Shown: positions 19,160 through 28,246 of the stretch, piece by piece
Numbering within the stretch: the first letter of the stretch is position 1
Layout: each line of letters opens with the position of its first letter
Origin: Polyangiaceae bacterium
GTDB taxonomy: Bacteria > Myxococcota_A > Polyangia > Polyangiales > Polyangiaceae
Assembly (NCBI GenBank): GCA_044376115.1
Contig: JBILLK010000020.1
Span: forward strand, 1-64,000
Length of the DNA: 64,000 nt
Direction: 5' to 3'
Position numbers and translations under genes: made by a program
Notes under the pieces: model-generated
The model's database searches: none
What the model was told of the DNA's origin: nothing
What the model saw: the letters and a program-made list of their open reading frames with translations, nothing else

Positions 19160-20538
19160 CAGCGAGCAACCATGAGCTCGTCGCTGGAGGCGATCACAAA
19201 GGGCACGCGGCCGCGATCGATCGGCGGGCACACCGCGATCGCACGAACGCCAGCGGCGACGGGAACCCGCAGCATCTCCTTCAAGTTCTGCTTCGTACGA
19301 TCTTCCCACGAGTAAACGACCACGGCGTCTGGGCTGCCGCGCGGGACATCGAGGCTCGCGAGGATCTCCGGGGTGCCATCCTGATTGAGGTCCCCAACGG
19401 CGAGCTGCGCGCCCACCGAAGCGGCGGTGCCAAGCTTGCCGGAGCCATCACGCACCTCGAGCCGGCCGTCTTCCCTGCCCGCCCAAATGGAATAAGCGGT
19501 ACCACCGCCATCCACCAACAGCGCGCCCGCGTACGCGTCAAAGCGTCCGCTGACGCTCGCGCGCGCCGGCGCACCGGTGGTGTCAGCACAAGCCGCAAGC
19601 GGCCCCGTTAGCGTATCGCTGTCGAACGTCGCGCAGGAGAAGCGGCCGGCGTCGGGGAGGGCAAAACCGGAATAGCTCGAGACGGACTCGAGAGCTGCAT
19701 TGAGCCGTACCGACTTCGCTCGATCGGTGCTGGCCACGACGAGCTCTCGCGGCGCCGGCAAGCCACCGCGCGCGCTGGGCGGGGTTGCAAAAACCAGCGC
19801 CATCGGCTCGCGCCACGGGGTCTCGTCTTTGAGCGAGAGGTCCTTCCAGGCTCGCGACGCGATCGGCGAGACGCGCCGTTCATGCAGCCTCACGAGCGAA
19901 ACTTGCTCACGTCCAGCGACGACGATCTCCGGAGCGCCGTCGCGATCCAGGTCCTCACACAAGAGCGCGAGCGGCTCTCGCTCGAAGCTCTTCGCGCGCT
20001 CGATCGTCAAGGCCGAAACCAGCGGAACGGGCGGTAGAAATGAACGGACCTCGGCGTCGATCGGCGCATCGGCGAAGGCGTGCGCCACCGAGCCGGGGAG
20101 CGGATTGCGAATGCGAGCCCAGCGCGTCTTCGGCACGGGGTGAACGTCAGCCGTTACTTGCAGCCGGCCTCCCTCGAGCGCCACCGTCAGCGAGAGCACC
20201 CAGGCCTTGCCCTTCGCCCTGGCGATCGCGGTCTTGAGCGGAGTTACCTCTTCGGGAGCCTGAAAGCCGCCAAAGCCAGCTGCCAAGGTTGCCACGCGCA
20301 GCGCCAGCAGGCTCCCGCGCTCGACGCTGGGTTGGGCCTGCAAGCCGGACACCGAAACGAGCACGCCGCCCTCGAGTTTGGGCAGCGCTTGAATCAACGC
20401 GCGCGCGACCGATTGCACCGACGGCTCGATCGCGCCCTGACTTGGACGCGCCGGCTCTGCGGCTTGAGCCTGGGCCGCGGCAGGAGCCAGCGCCCCGAGC
20501 GCAGAGCACGTCGTGACTGCAATCAAGCGCCGCAGCAC
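19159..20538 (-). CDS. exported FG-GAP/VCBS repeat protein
   Basis: signal peptide; DLDRDGAPEIV and GDLNQDGTPEIL repeats. Confidence 0.75.
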   Translation of the reverse strand: MLRRLIAVTTCSALGALAPAAAQAQAAEPARPSQGAIEPSVQSVARALIQALPKLEGGVLVSVSGLQAQPSVERGSLLALRVATLAAGFGGFQAPEEVTPLKTAIARAKGKAWVLSLTVALEGGRLQVTADVHPVPKTRWARIRNPLPGSVAHAFADAPIDAEVRSFLPPVPLVSALTIERAKSFEREPLALLCEDLDRDGAPEIVVAGREQVSLVRLHERRVSPIASRAWKDLSLKDETPWREPMALVFATPPSARGGLPAPRELVVASTDRAKSVRLNAALESVSSYSGFALPDAGRFSCATFDSDTLTGPLAACADTTGAPARASVSGRFDAYAGALLVDGGGTAYSIWAGREDGRLEVRDGSGKLGTAASVGAQLAVGDLNQDGTPEILASLDVPRGSPDAVVVYSWEDRTKQNLKEMLRVPVAAGVRAIAVCPPIDRGRVPFVIASSDELMVAR

Positions 20539-20541
20539 GCG

Positions 20542-22380
20542 TTACTTCCCCAGAATGCGACGCAGATAGCGCGGCGCCGGTGAGCCATGGGCAAGCAGCT
20601 CATCGTGGTAGCTGCGCTCCTTGAAACCAGCCTCTTTCTCAGCCACACCGCGTAGCCGCATCATCTCGGTAAAGCCGTAGAAATAGGTGGTTAGCTGAGC
20701 GCTCGTCAGCTGCGCGCGCTTCCACTTACCAAGCGCCTCGCCCTCCTCCTGAAAGCTCTCCTCGGTCATCAGCTTGAGCGCCTCTTTCTCGCTCATGTTG
20801 GCGGCATGAACGCCGTGATCGAGGATGGTGTTGGCGGCCATGCGCAAGGCCATCTTGAGGCGCTGCATGCGCACACGCGGCCCACCAAAACCGTACTTCG
20901 CCATCAGCCACTCGGTGTAGACCGCCCAGCCCTCGACGAAGGCGCCGTGCGCGAGCACGGCCCGCACCTTCGACGAAAAGCCGTTCTGATGCATGGCCTG
21001 CAGGAAGTGTCCCGGCATCGCTTCATGGACCGTAAGGTCGTTGAGCATGCTGCGGTTGTATTCGCGGTAGAGGGACTCGACTCGCTTCTTGGGCCAATCT
21101 TGCGGGGCTGGCGCTATCGCATAGAAGGTCTGCGGATTCGCCTCGAGCGGGCCGGAGGAGTCGCAGTAAGCCACGGCAACGCCGCGCCGATACTCGGGCA
21201 TCTCCACCACTTTGCAGGGCTCGTTGGGGATGCGTACCAGATCGTGCTGGCGCACGAACGCCGTGGCGTTGACCAAGGTGGCTTCAGCGTCCTTGACGAT
21301 GGTGGCGTTCGTCGACTTTTCCTTCGCCAGTTCATTGAGCACAGCCCGAATCAGCTTGCGCTCTTCCTCCACCGTCTTCGGCTCTTTCCAAGCCTTGCCT
21401 TTGAACAGCTCGGGCCAAAGCTCTTTGGAGGTCATCACCATCTCGGCGCGAGTCGCTTCAAGAAACGCGCGCGCCGCAGGGACCAAAGCCTCGGCAGCCG
21501 TCTCGTCATCGAGCACGAGCGCGAGCTTCTTCTTGAACTTCTCCTTGCCGAGACGCACATCCGCCGTTGCCTTCTTCAGCAGGTCCTTCTCCAAGAAGGT
21601 TTGGAAGTTCTGCAGCGCGGTCTCAGCAGCTTTGGCCGCAGCCGGGAGACGTTGACCGTCGGCTCCAGCTTGTGCGGCCAACTCCTTGAAGCCGGTGCCG
21701 ACGAGCGAGATCAGCCCCTTGTTTTGACTGATCGCCGTCTTCGTATGCAGCTCGGTCGCGACCTTGAGCCGCGCAGTCGCTGCAGCTACCAGCGCCGGGA
21801 TCCCTTCGAGCCGCAGCGTTAGGCTCTTGGCCCGGACGCTGGCAGGGGCGAACTCACGACTGACCAACGGGTCGAGACCATCGCCGATCAGCGCGGTGTA
21901 GAACATCGGGTCCGTCTCGGCCGGCTTGAGCTCGTCCAGGGTGAACAGCGCTAGCGCGATGTGATTGGAGAGGATGTCCCGGTCGACGGCGTTCTCGACC
22001 GAGAGCTTGCTCGCGTCGATGGCTCGCAGCTTACTCGCGGTCGCGTTCAACATCGTGCGGTAGGCCGATTCTCCGTTCACCGAGAGATCGGGCCACTTAC
22101 CGTCAAAGCGATGCTCTCCAGCTTCTGTTGCGCGCACAGGGAGATGCACGAACATGTCGCTGAGGAACTGGTTTCCGAGCTCCTCGAGCTCCGTGTCGGC
22201 CGAAGCCACCTCGGGCTGATCAGGCTCTTCCACCTCGGCGCTCGCCGTTGCGCTGGGGAACGCGCGCGGAGCTTCATACTCAGGAGCCGGGAGATTGCGC
22301 GGAATGCTTGGATCGCTGGAACAACCGGCGAAAACGAAAGCCAAGAGCGAGAGCCTGAGAGGAGACCTGGTGAGCTTCAT
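20542..22380 (-). CDS. DUF885-family lipoprotein (zincin-like)
   Basis: FAGC lipobox; HEAMPGHFLQ, FVEGWAVYTE, QLTTYFYG. Confidence 0.92.
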   Translation of the reverse strand: MKLTRSPLRLSLLAFVFAGCSSDPSIPRNLPAPEYEAPRAFPSATASAEVEEPDQPEVASADTELEELGNQFLSDMFVHLPVRATEAGEHRFDGKWPDLSVNGESAYRTMLNATASKLRAIDASKLSVENAVDRDILSNHIALALFTLDELKPAETDPMFYTALIGDGLDPLVSREFAPASVRAKSLTLRLEGIPALVAAATARLKVATELHTKTAISQNKGLISLVGTGFKELAAQAGADGQRLPAAAKAAETALQNFQTFLEKDLLKKATADVRLGKEKFKKKLALVLDDETAAEALVPAARAFLEATRAEMVMTSKELWPELFKGKAWKEPKTVEEERKLIRAVLNELAKEKSTNATIVKDAEATLVNATAFVRQHDLVRIPNEPCKVVEMPEYRRGVAVAYCDSSGPLEANPQTFYAIAPAPQDWPKKRVESLYREYNRSMLNDLTVHEAMPGHFLQAMHQNGFSSKVRAVLAHGAFVEGWAVYTEWLMAKYGFGGPRVRMQRLKMALRMAANTILDHGVHAANMSEKEALKLMTEESFQEEGEALGKWKRAQLTSAQLTTYFYGFTEMMRLRGVAEKEAGFKERSYHDELLAHGSPAPRYLRRILGK

Positions 22381-22447
22381 TGTCGCGGCCAAACATACAG
22401 CGTCCCCGCGCTATGAGTTCAGCGGAATGTCACGGCAGGTGCGAGTG

Positions 22448-23911
22448 CTAGAGCCCAGCGGGCGCGAACGGCAGGATGCTCTTTAGGTCTTGGTCGTTGA
22501 AACGCAGTTGCAGACCAACAAAGTAGTCCCGCCGGTCTCCGGTGATGATGTCGTCCACCCCGCCAAGCAACCAAAGCTTGCTGATGAATTCGTAACCAAC
22601 GCTGATGCGCCAGCGCGGCGTTAGCTGTTCCCCAAAACCGAAAAGGTCTTGCTTCAGCTCAAAGCGGTCATCAATCAGATGCAGGTCGAGCCCGAGCCCG
22701 CCCGTCGACTCCATGATGCCGAAGCGGCCTGTCAGCGGCCCAAGCCGTTTGGCGAATTGGAAGCTCAGTCGGAAGTCGTTCGTCGTGGTGACGCGCGTCT
22801 CGCGGTAGCTCGGTGGGTCGTTCGGGTTGGTGGTATCGATCGTCGTCTGCTCGAAGCTCGTTCGCCCGCGCGGATCATTCACCAACTGGATCAGATAGTA
22901 CTTGTCGGTCGAGGGCTGCAGCCGCAGCTCGACGTAGCTCTTCACGGTGTTGGCGAGGAAGTTGTAGTCGGTCCGGAGGCCGACCACGGTTTGCACGCGA
23001 CCGATGCCGCCGACGAGATCCCCAACGTCAGACACCACGCCTTCAACCTCGTTGATCAGCGTCTCATCTTTGGTCAGACGCCCAACGGTGCCCTCGCCCT
23101 TGTCGATGCGGGCGGCGATATTGTCAGCGTGGCCGAGCGCCGATTCAAGGCTTGAACTCGCGCGATCGATGCGTTCGAGCGCAGAGCGAATTTCGCCGGG
23201 TTTGCCGGCTTCATCGCCCTTGTTCATCATCGTCCGCACTTCTTGCGTGACCTGCTTCACGTTGTCGAGAATGGCCGCAACTTGTGGCCGAGCGTCGCCC
23301 GTTATGCCCTGGACGTTGGCCAGCGTGCCCTTCACGACCTCGCGATTCTCTTTGACCGTTGCGTTGAGCTGCTCGGTTACCTCCGCGAGGTTCTTGAGGA
23401 TCGCTGCGATCTGATCCTGACCCTGATTCGACCCGACGGTGTTCTTCAGGGTCTCCGTGACGGTCTTAACGTCCTTGAGGATCTCCGATACCTGACCTTG
23501 CAGGGATTGAATGCTCGGCTCGTCGATGTAGTTGCGTATCTGATCCCCGTCCTTGAGCTTGACGTTGCCCTCGGTCCCAGGGGTCAGCACCACGTAGGAT
23601 TCACCAATCAGGCTGGTTGCCCGCTTACCGATGGCAGCGTCCTCGTACAGCACCATGTCGGGCCGCATCTTGATGTCGACCCGGGCACGACCCTCGTCGA
23701 GCCAGATCCGCCGCACGACGCCTACCTGGATGCCCGAGATCATCACCCGCGACTGCGGCGCGACGCCCGTCATGTCAGGGAGGTAGGCGTACACCTCGTA
23801 ACCGCCCTCGGTGCCGGTGGAGCGGGAAATGAAGCGGTAACCGACGATCAACGCTGCAAGCAGCGCGATCGCCATGAAGCCCACTTTGACCCCTCGGGTG
23901 ATACTGCTCAT
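22448..23911 (-). CDS. MlaD/MCE-domain protein with a C-terminal beta-rich domain
   Basis: KVG N-terminal TM; GVAPQSRVMISGIQVGVV, SLIGESYV; coiled coil; GEGTVGRL. Confidence 0.9.
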   Translation of the reverse strand: MSSITRGVKVGFMAIALLAALIVGYRFISRSTGTEGGYEVYAYLPDMTGVAPQSRVMISGIQVGVVRRIWLDEGRARVDIKMRPDMVLYEDAAIGKRATSLIGESYVVLTPGTEGNVKLKDGDQIRNYIDEPSIQSLQGQVSEILKDVKTVTETLKNTVGSNQGQDQIAAILKNLAEVTEQLNATVKENREVVKGTLANVQGITGDARPQVAAILDNVKQVTQEVRTMMNKGDEAGKPGEIRSALERIDRASSSLESALGHADNIAARIDKGEGTVGRLTKDETLINEVEGVVSDVGDLVGGIGRVQTVVGLRTDYNFLANTVKSYVELRLQPSTDKYYLIQLVNDPRGRTSFEQTTIDTTNPNDPPSYRETRVTTTNDFRLSFQFAKRLGPLTGRFGIMESTGGLGLDLHLIDDRFELKQDLFGFGEQLTPRWRISVGYEFISKLWLLGGVDDIITGDRRDYFVGLQLRFNDQDLKSILPFAPAGL

Positions 23912-24006
23912 GCGGCGGGCAGCATCCTAGTACATCCGCCGGGAAGTTTCCTCCCGGATCCCGCAGCTTTGCATCGGACGCCGGAGCGTGCGAAAGCTGC
24001 GTTCCG

Positions 24007-25422
24007 ATGGACCAAGAGAAGCTCGCCTCGTTCGTTTCGGAAGTTTGGGACACCTCGATCCTCCCGAAGATCACCGACTACATTCGGATCCCCTGCAAAT
24101 CACCCATGTTCGACAAGGAGTGGCAGCAGAGCGGACATCTCGAGGCCGCCGTGCAGCTGATCGAGTCGTGGTGCAAAGACCACGGGCTTTCCGGGCTGAC
24201 CACCGAGATCGTTAGGCTTCCTGGACGGTCCCCGCTGCTGTTTATGGAGGTCCCGGCGACGGACGGCTCGACCGACGACACGGTGCTGCTCTACGGCCAC
24301 TACGACAAGCAGCCCGAGATGACCGGCTGGCGTGAAGACCTCGGGCCGTGGAAGCCGGTGCGCGAGGGGGACAAGTTGTACGGGCGCGGTGGCGCAGACG
24401 ACGGCTACGCCGCGTTCGCTTCGGTGTTGGCGCTCTCGGCTGTGAGAAAGCACGGTGGTTCCCACAAGCGCGCGGTCATTCTGATTGAAGGCTGCGAAGA
24501 GAGCGGAAGCTTTGATTTACCGCATTATCTCGAGCACCTCGGTTCGCGCATCGGAGCGGTCAGTTTGGTGCTTTGTCTCGACTCCGGTTGTGGCAACTAC
24601 GACCAGCTCTGGGTGACCACGAGCCTGCGCGGCTTGGTTGGCGGCACGCTCACGGTCAAGGTGCTCAATCAGGGCGTTCACTCGGGCGACGCGACCGGCG
24701 TGGTTCCGTCGAGCTTCCGCATTGCGCGCCAGCTGCTCGATCGCTTGGAAGACTCCAAGACGGGCAAGATCCTGCCCGCCGCGTTCCACGCCGAGATCCC
24801 CGCAGAGCGCAAAGAGCAAGCCGCAGTCACTGGTCGCGTGCTTGGCGATGGAATGTTCATGCGCTTTCCGTACGCCGGCGGTACCCAGCCCGTCTCCAAA
24901 GACCACTCCGAGCTGATCCTCAATCGCACCTGGCGGCCCTTCCTCGCGGTCACCGGTGCAGACGGGGTTCCGCCCATCGCGAGCGCTGGCAACGTCCTGC
25001 GTCCCTCCACCTCGCTCAAGCTCTCCTTGCGACTTCCTCCCACCGTCGAGCCGGCCGCAGCGGCGGCGGAGCTTACGCGGCTCCTGACCGAGAACCCGCC
25101 GCACGGAGCCGAAGTAACGTTCCACGCCGAAGAACCTGGCCCCGGATGGAACGCACCGGCGCTAGCTCCGTGGCTCAAGCAATCCCTCGAGCAGGCCTCG
25201 CAAGCGCAATTTGGTCGCGAGTCCTGCTTCATGGGGGAAGGCGGTTCGATCCCGTTCATGGGCATGCTCGGGCGCCGTTTCCCGGCCGCACAGTTCGTCA
25301 TCACCGGCGTTCTCGGGCCGGAGTCCAACGCGCACGGGCCGAACGAGTTCCTTCACGTGCCGATGGCCAAGCGTCTGACTGCCGCCATGGCGCAGGTGCT
25401 CAACGATCACGCGAAACGCTGA
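24007..25422 (+). CDS. M20/M25/M40-family metallopeptidase
   Basis: YGHYDKQP, GRGGADDG, EESGS, NAHGPNE. Confidence 0.93.
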   Translation: MDQEKLASFVSEVWDTSILPKITDYIRIPCKSPMFDKEWQQSGHLEAAVQLIESWCKDHGLSGLTTEIVRLPGRSPLLFMEVPATDGSTDDTVLLYGHYDKQPEMTGWREDLGPWKPVREGDKLYGRGGADDGYAAFASVLALSAVRKHGGSHKRAVILIEGCEESGSFDLPHYLEHLGSRIGAVSLVLCLDSGCGNYDQLWVTTSLRGLVGGTLTVKVLNQGVHSGDATGVVPSSFRIARQLLDRLEDSKTGKILPAAFHAEIPAERKEQAAVTGRVLGDGMFMRFPYAGGTQPVSKDHSELILNRTWRPFLAVTGADGVPPIASAGNVLRPSTSLKLSLRLPPTVEPAAAAAELTRLLTENPPHGAEVTFHAEEPGPGWNAPALAPWLKQSLEQASQAQFGRESCFMGEGGSIPFMGMLGRRFPAAQFVITGVLGPESNAHGPNEFLHVPMAKRLTAAMAQVLNDHAKR

Positions 25423-25500
25423 GTCACCCCTGAACTTTGTAGCGTCAGGCGTGGAGCCCAAGCCCGTCCCTTCGAGCCATCCTCGACAAGGCTAGGCTCC

Positions 25501-25926
25501 ATGCTCGACCTCATCGTTCAACCAGGACTCGTACTGCCCAGCGATTCGCTGTGGTTTTCGGCTGTTCGCTCGTCTGGACCAGGTGGGCAACACGTCAACA
25601 AGACCGCCAGCAAAGTCGTCTTGCGTTTTGACCTTCCGGGCTGCCCAGCGCTGAGTCCAGAACAGCGGGATCTCATTCGGGATCGAACGCTGAATCGACT
25701 CGATAGCTTGGGCTTCATTCAGATCGAGTGCCAGGCCACACGCAGTCAGCACCAGAACCTCGAGGAGGCTCGCAACCTTCTCGCGGCATTGTTGCAACAA
25801 GCGCTTCACGTGCAGGCTCCTCGCAAACCGACGAAGACGCCTGCGCGAGCCCATCGGCGCCGAATCCAAGACAAAAAACACCGCGCTGGTTTGAAGCGCG
25901 CGCGTGGCAAGGCAGACTCCGAGTAG
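25501..25926 (+). CDS. arfB: alternative ribosome rescue factor ArfB (peptidyl-tRNA hydrolase)
   Basis: RSSGPGGQHVNK, RSQHQN, basic tail RKPTK...RRRIQDKKHR. Confidence 0.93.
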   Translation: MLDLIVQPGLVLPSDSLWFSAVRSSGPGGQHVNKTASKVVLRFDLPGCPALSPEQRDLIRDRTLNRLDSLGFIQIECQATRSQHQNLEEARNLLAALLQQALHVQAPRKPTKTPARAHRRRIQDKKHRAGLKRARGKADSE

Positions 25927-25977
25927 GAACCCTCTCCACAGCAAGCGCACGTTGTGCTCAATTGCAGGAGGGGATCA

Positions 25978-26400
25978 ATGAGCGGGGGCATCAGGACAGC
26001 CAGGTTCGGAAGCGAAGACGTGGCCAATCGCCTGTCCCAGCTTAGCGTGGCTGAGTTTGATGAGCTCGCGTTTGGACTGATTGGGCTCGATCGAGAAGGA
26101 ATGGTGCAAGCCTACAACTCCAAGGAGTCCCAACTTGCTGGGCGCACCAAAGCCGAGGTGATGGGTCAGCGTTTCTTTGAGGTTCTTGCGCCTTGTGCGT
26201 GCACGGTTGAGTTCCAGGGGCGCTACCAAGACGTCAGCCGCGGCAAGCTCGACAGCGCCCTCTTCGAATACACCTTCGACTATCGAATGAACCCACGCAG
26301 GGTCTTCATCCACATCAAGCGAACGCTCCTGGGAGACGGCGTATGGATCTTGGTGCGGCCCCGCACGCCCTCAATGAATGAACGGCTCGTGCGGACGTGA
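25978..26400 (+). CDS. pyp: photoactive yellow protein (PAS fold)
   Basis: FGSED, LAFG, YN..E.....GR, FF..LAPC, FEYTFDY align with PYP Y42/E46/R52/C69; AGGAGG RBS. Confidence 0.9.
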   Translation: MSGGIRTARFGSEDVANRLSQLSVAEFDELAFGLIGLDREGMVQAYNSKESQLAGRTKAEVMGQRFFEVLAPCACTVEFQGRYQDVSRGKLDSALFEYTFDYRMNPRRVFIHIKRTLLGDGVWILVRPRTPSMNERLVRT

Positions 26401-26403
26401 ACG

Positions 26404-28155
26404 TCAGCGCGCGAGCAGCCGGCGTGCGCCGCTTGCGAGTCGCTTGTCAGCCGCAACGCTCAGCTGTTGCACTAGCTGGCGGCCCTCCGCTCGCGTCTGC
26501 GCGTCGCTAACGGCGAGCATCCAGCTAAGCGCCGCCTGCCGGACCAGCGGGGTTTCACTCTCGTCGCTGGCGATCCAGCTCACCAGCGCAGTGTCAACAT
26601 TGCGCGGACCCAGGTGCTCGAGCATTGCGATTGCGCGATAGCGCGCCGCTGTCGGGGCGGCGGCGTCCCCAGCGATATCGATGAGCGCATCCGCCTCGGT
26701 CGACGTGCGAGCGAGCACCCGACCGAGCTCTTCGTAGTAGTTCGACCCGCTGGGGCAGCCGACGCCCTGCAAATAGGAGCGAACAGGCGCGGAGGCCGAG
26801 ACCCCCCACGGGGTTGCGGGGGCGACTGTGTGGCGGCCCTGCGTCCGTTGATAAGCCGCCACGAGCTGCTCCTCGGAGACCTCCCGGTGCTCAGCCATCT
26901 TGGTCGAGATCGGTGGGCCGTAAGGCTCCATTGGCAGCTCGCCCGGAGCGAAGATTCCGCGGTAGATCGTGCTGGCCTGAATGACGGCGCGTTGCTTGTC
27001 CGAGAACACCCCTTCACCGCTGCCGCCCGTCGGAAACATCGCAAAGCTGTGGTCAGGACACGCATCATCGAGCGCACCGGCGTCCATACATAGTGGGGTA
27101 TCCGACAATGCGTCCCCGAGCCCTGGTTGGAACTCCGAAGTATGAAACAGCCCCGCGAAATGACCCGCCTCATGCCGCAGGATCAGAGGGTCGATGAAGT
27201 TTGAGTCGTAGAAGACCTGCCAGATGATGGCACTACCGCCTGTGCCGTGCACCACCGGGATGCCCGGTACGCCAAGAGAGAAACCAGCTGCGCCCTCAAA
27301 TTGACCGCCGATTTCACCAGTAGCGATGATGTTGAGCGCCGGGCGCGTTGGCGCCTGTTCGGTAAGCGGCAACACGTCGAAGAGATTGACATCGTCGACG
27401 AAGAAAAACTCGTCGGGGATAGAAAAGTAGCGAACCTGGCCGAGGGTGAGCCCACCCCAATCCGAATAGGTGTTCACGAGCGTGGCGGTCACTTCGGAGT
27501 CATCGATGAGCCCGTCAGGCATGAATACATTGATATCCAGGACACCTCCGTAAAAGCTGCCATCGATGGTGCTTCGCTTCCAAATCGAAGCGCGCGCAGG
27601 TGAACCCGCGCTGTAGTCGAAGCTCCAGTTGCCTTGAGCAAAAGGAAACGTCTCCGGGTGATCGAGCTGGGGCGCAGCCATCGCTACCGCACCAAACCAC
27701 TGCCAGCCGTACTGATTGGTCGGGTTGAAGCCGTCGACCACGAGCGCGCCAGAGGGGGCTCTCTGCGTATTGATAGCGACGTCCGCGAAAGGATCATTCG
27801 CGTGCAAGACCGCTGTAACGCCCAGGGTCCCCGGAGTCGTAGTCAGCGACACGGTGCCGCTAAACTGGTCCTCGATCACAGCCTCCTCAACGAGGCCAGG
27901 TCCGCCGCCACCAACCGGGGAGATTCCCGTGGACGAAGACGAGTTGGGGCCGCTGGAGTTCGAGCTCGAATCCACCGTCACGTTGGGGCCTACCGGGTTG
28001 GTGCCTCCGCCACCATTGGTTGTGGTCGTGGTCGTGGTACTAGCGCCAGAACCACCCTCCCCATCCGAGTAGAAGGCCACCTTGCCGCCACACCCCACCG
28101 TGGTGCAAACAAGAGCCAAGTTGAGCAAGGATTGGAGCTGGTTCGGCGTACGCAT
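26404..28155 (-). CDS. metzincin-type metalloprotease lipoprotein with a HEAT-like C-terminus
   Basis: VGC lipobox, Ser/Thr/Gly linker, HEAGHFAGLFH, downstream Met-turn FAMFP. Confidence 0.8.
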   Translation of the reverse strand: MRTPNQLQSLLNLALVCTTVGCGGKVAFYSDGEGGSGASTTTTTTTNGGGGTNPVGPNVTVDSSSNSSGPNSSSSTGISPVGGGGPGLVEEAVIEDQFSGTVSLTTTPGTLGVTAVLHANDPFADVAINTQRAPSGALVVDGFNPTNQYGWQWFGAVAMAAPQLDHPETFPFAQGNWSFDYSAGSPARASIWKRSTIDGSFYGGVLDINVFMPDGLIDDSEVTATLVNTYSDWGGLTLGQVRYFSIPDEFFFVDDVNLFDVLPLTEQAPTRPALNIIATGEIGGQFEGAAGFSLGVPGIPVVHGTGGSAIIWQVFYDSNFIDPLILRHEAGHFAGLFHTSEFQPGLGDALSDTPLCMDAGALDDACPDHSFAMFPTGGSGEGVFSDKQRAVIQASTIYRGIFAPGELPMEPYGPPISTKMAEHREVSEEQLVAAYQRTQGRHTVAPATPWGVSASAPVRSYLQGVGCPSGSNYYEELGRVLARTSTEADALIDIAGDAAAPTAARYRAIAMLEHLGPRNVDTALVSWIASDESETPLVRQAALSWMLAVSDAQTRAEGRQLVQQLSVAADKRLASGARRLLAR

Positions 28156-28246
28156 GGTTCGAGGTTCCCGGCGGGGTTGCACCGCTTCGCGAGCCTACCA
28201 TCCGCAGCCCGAGGCTGGGCTCAAAGTATCCCAACCCAACCGTCAG

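Noticed and set aside
20806..25433. Long antisense or alternate-frame ORFs (e.g. 20806-21822, 23243-24160, 24573-25433)
   Set aside because: They are shadow ORFs expected in high-GC coding DNA, overlap well-supported genes and have no motifs.
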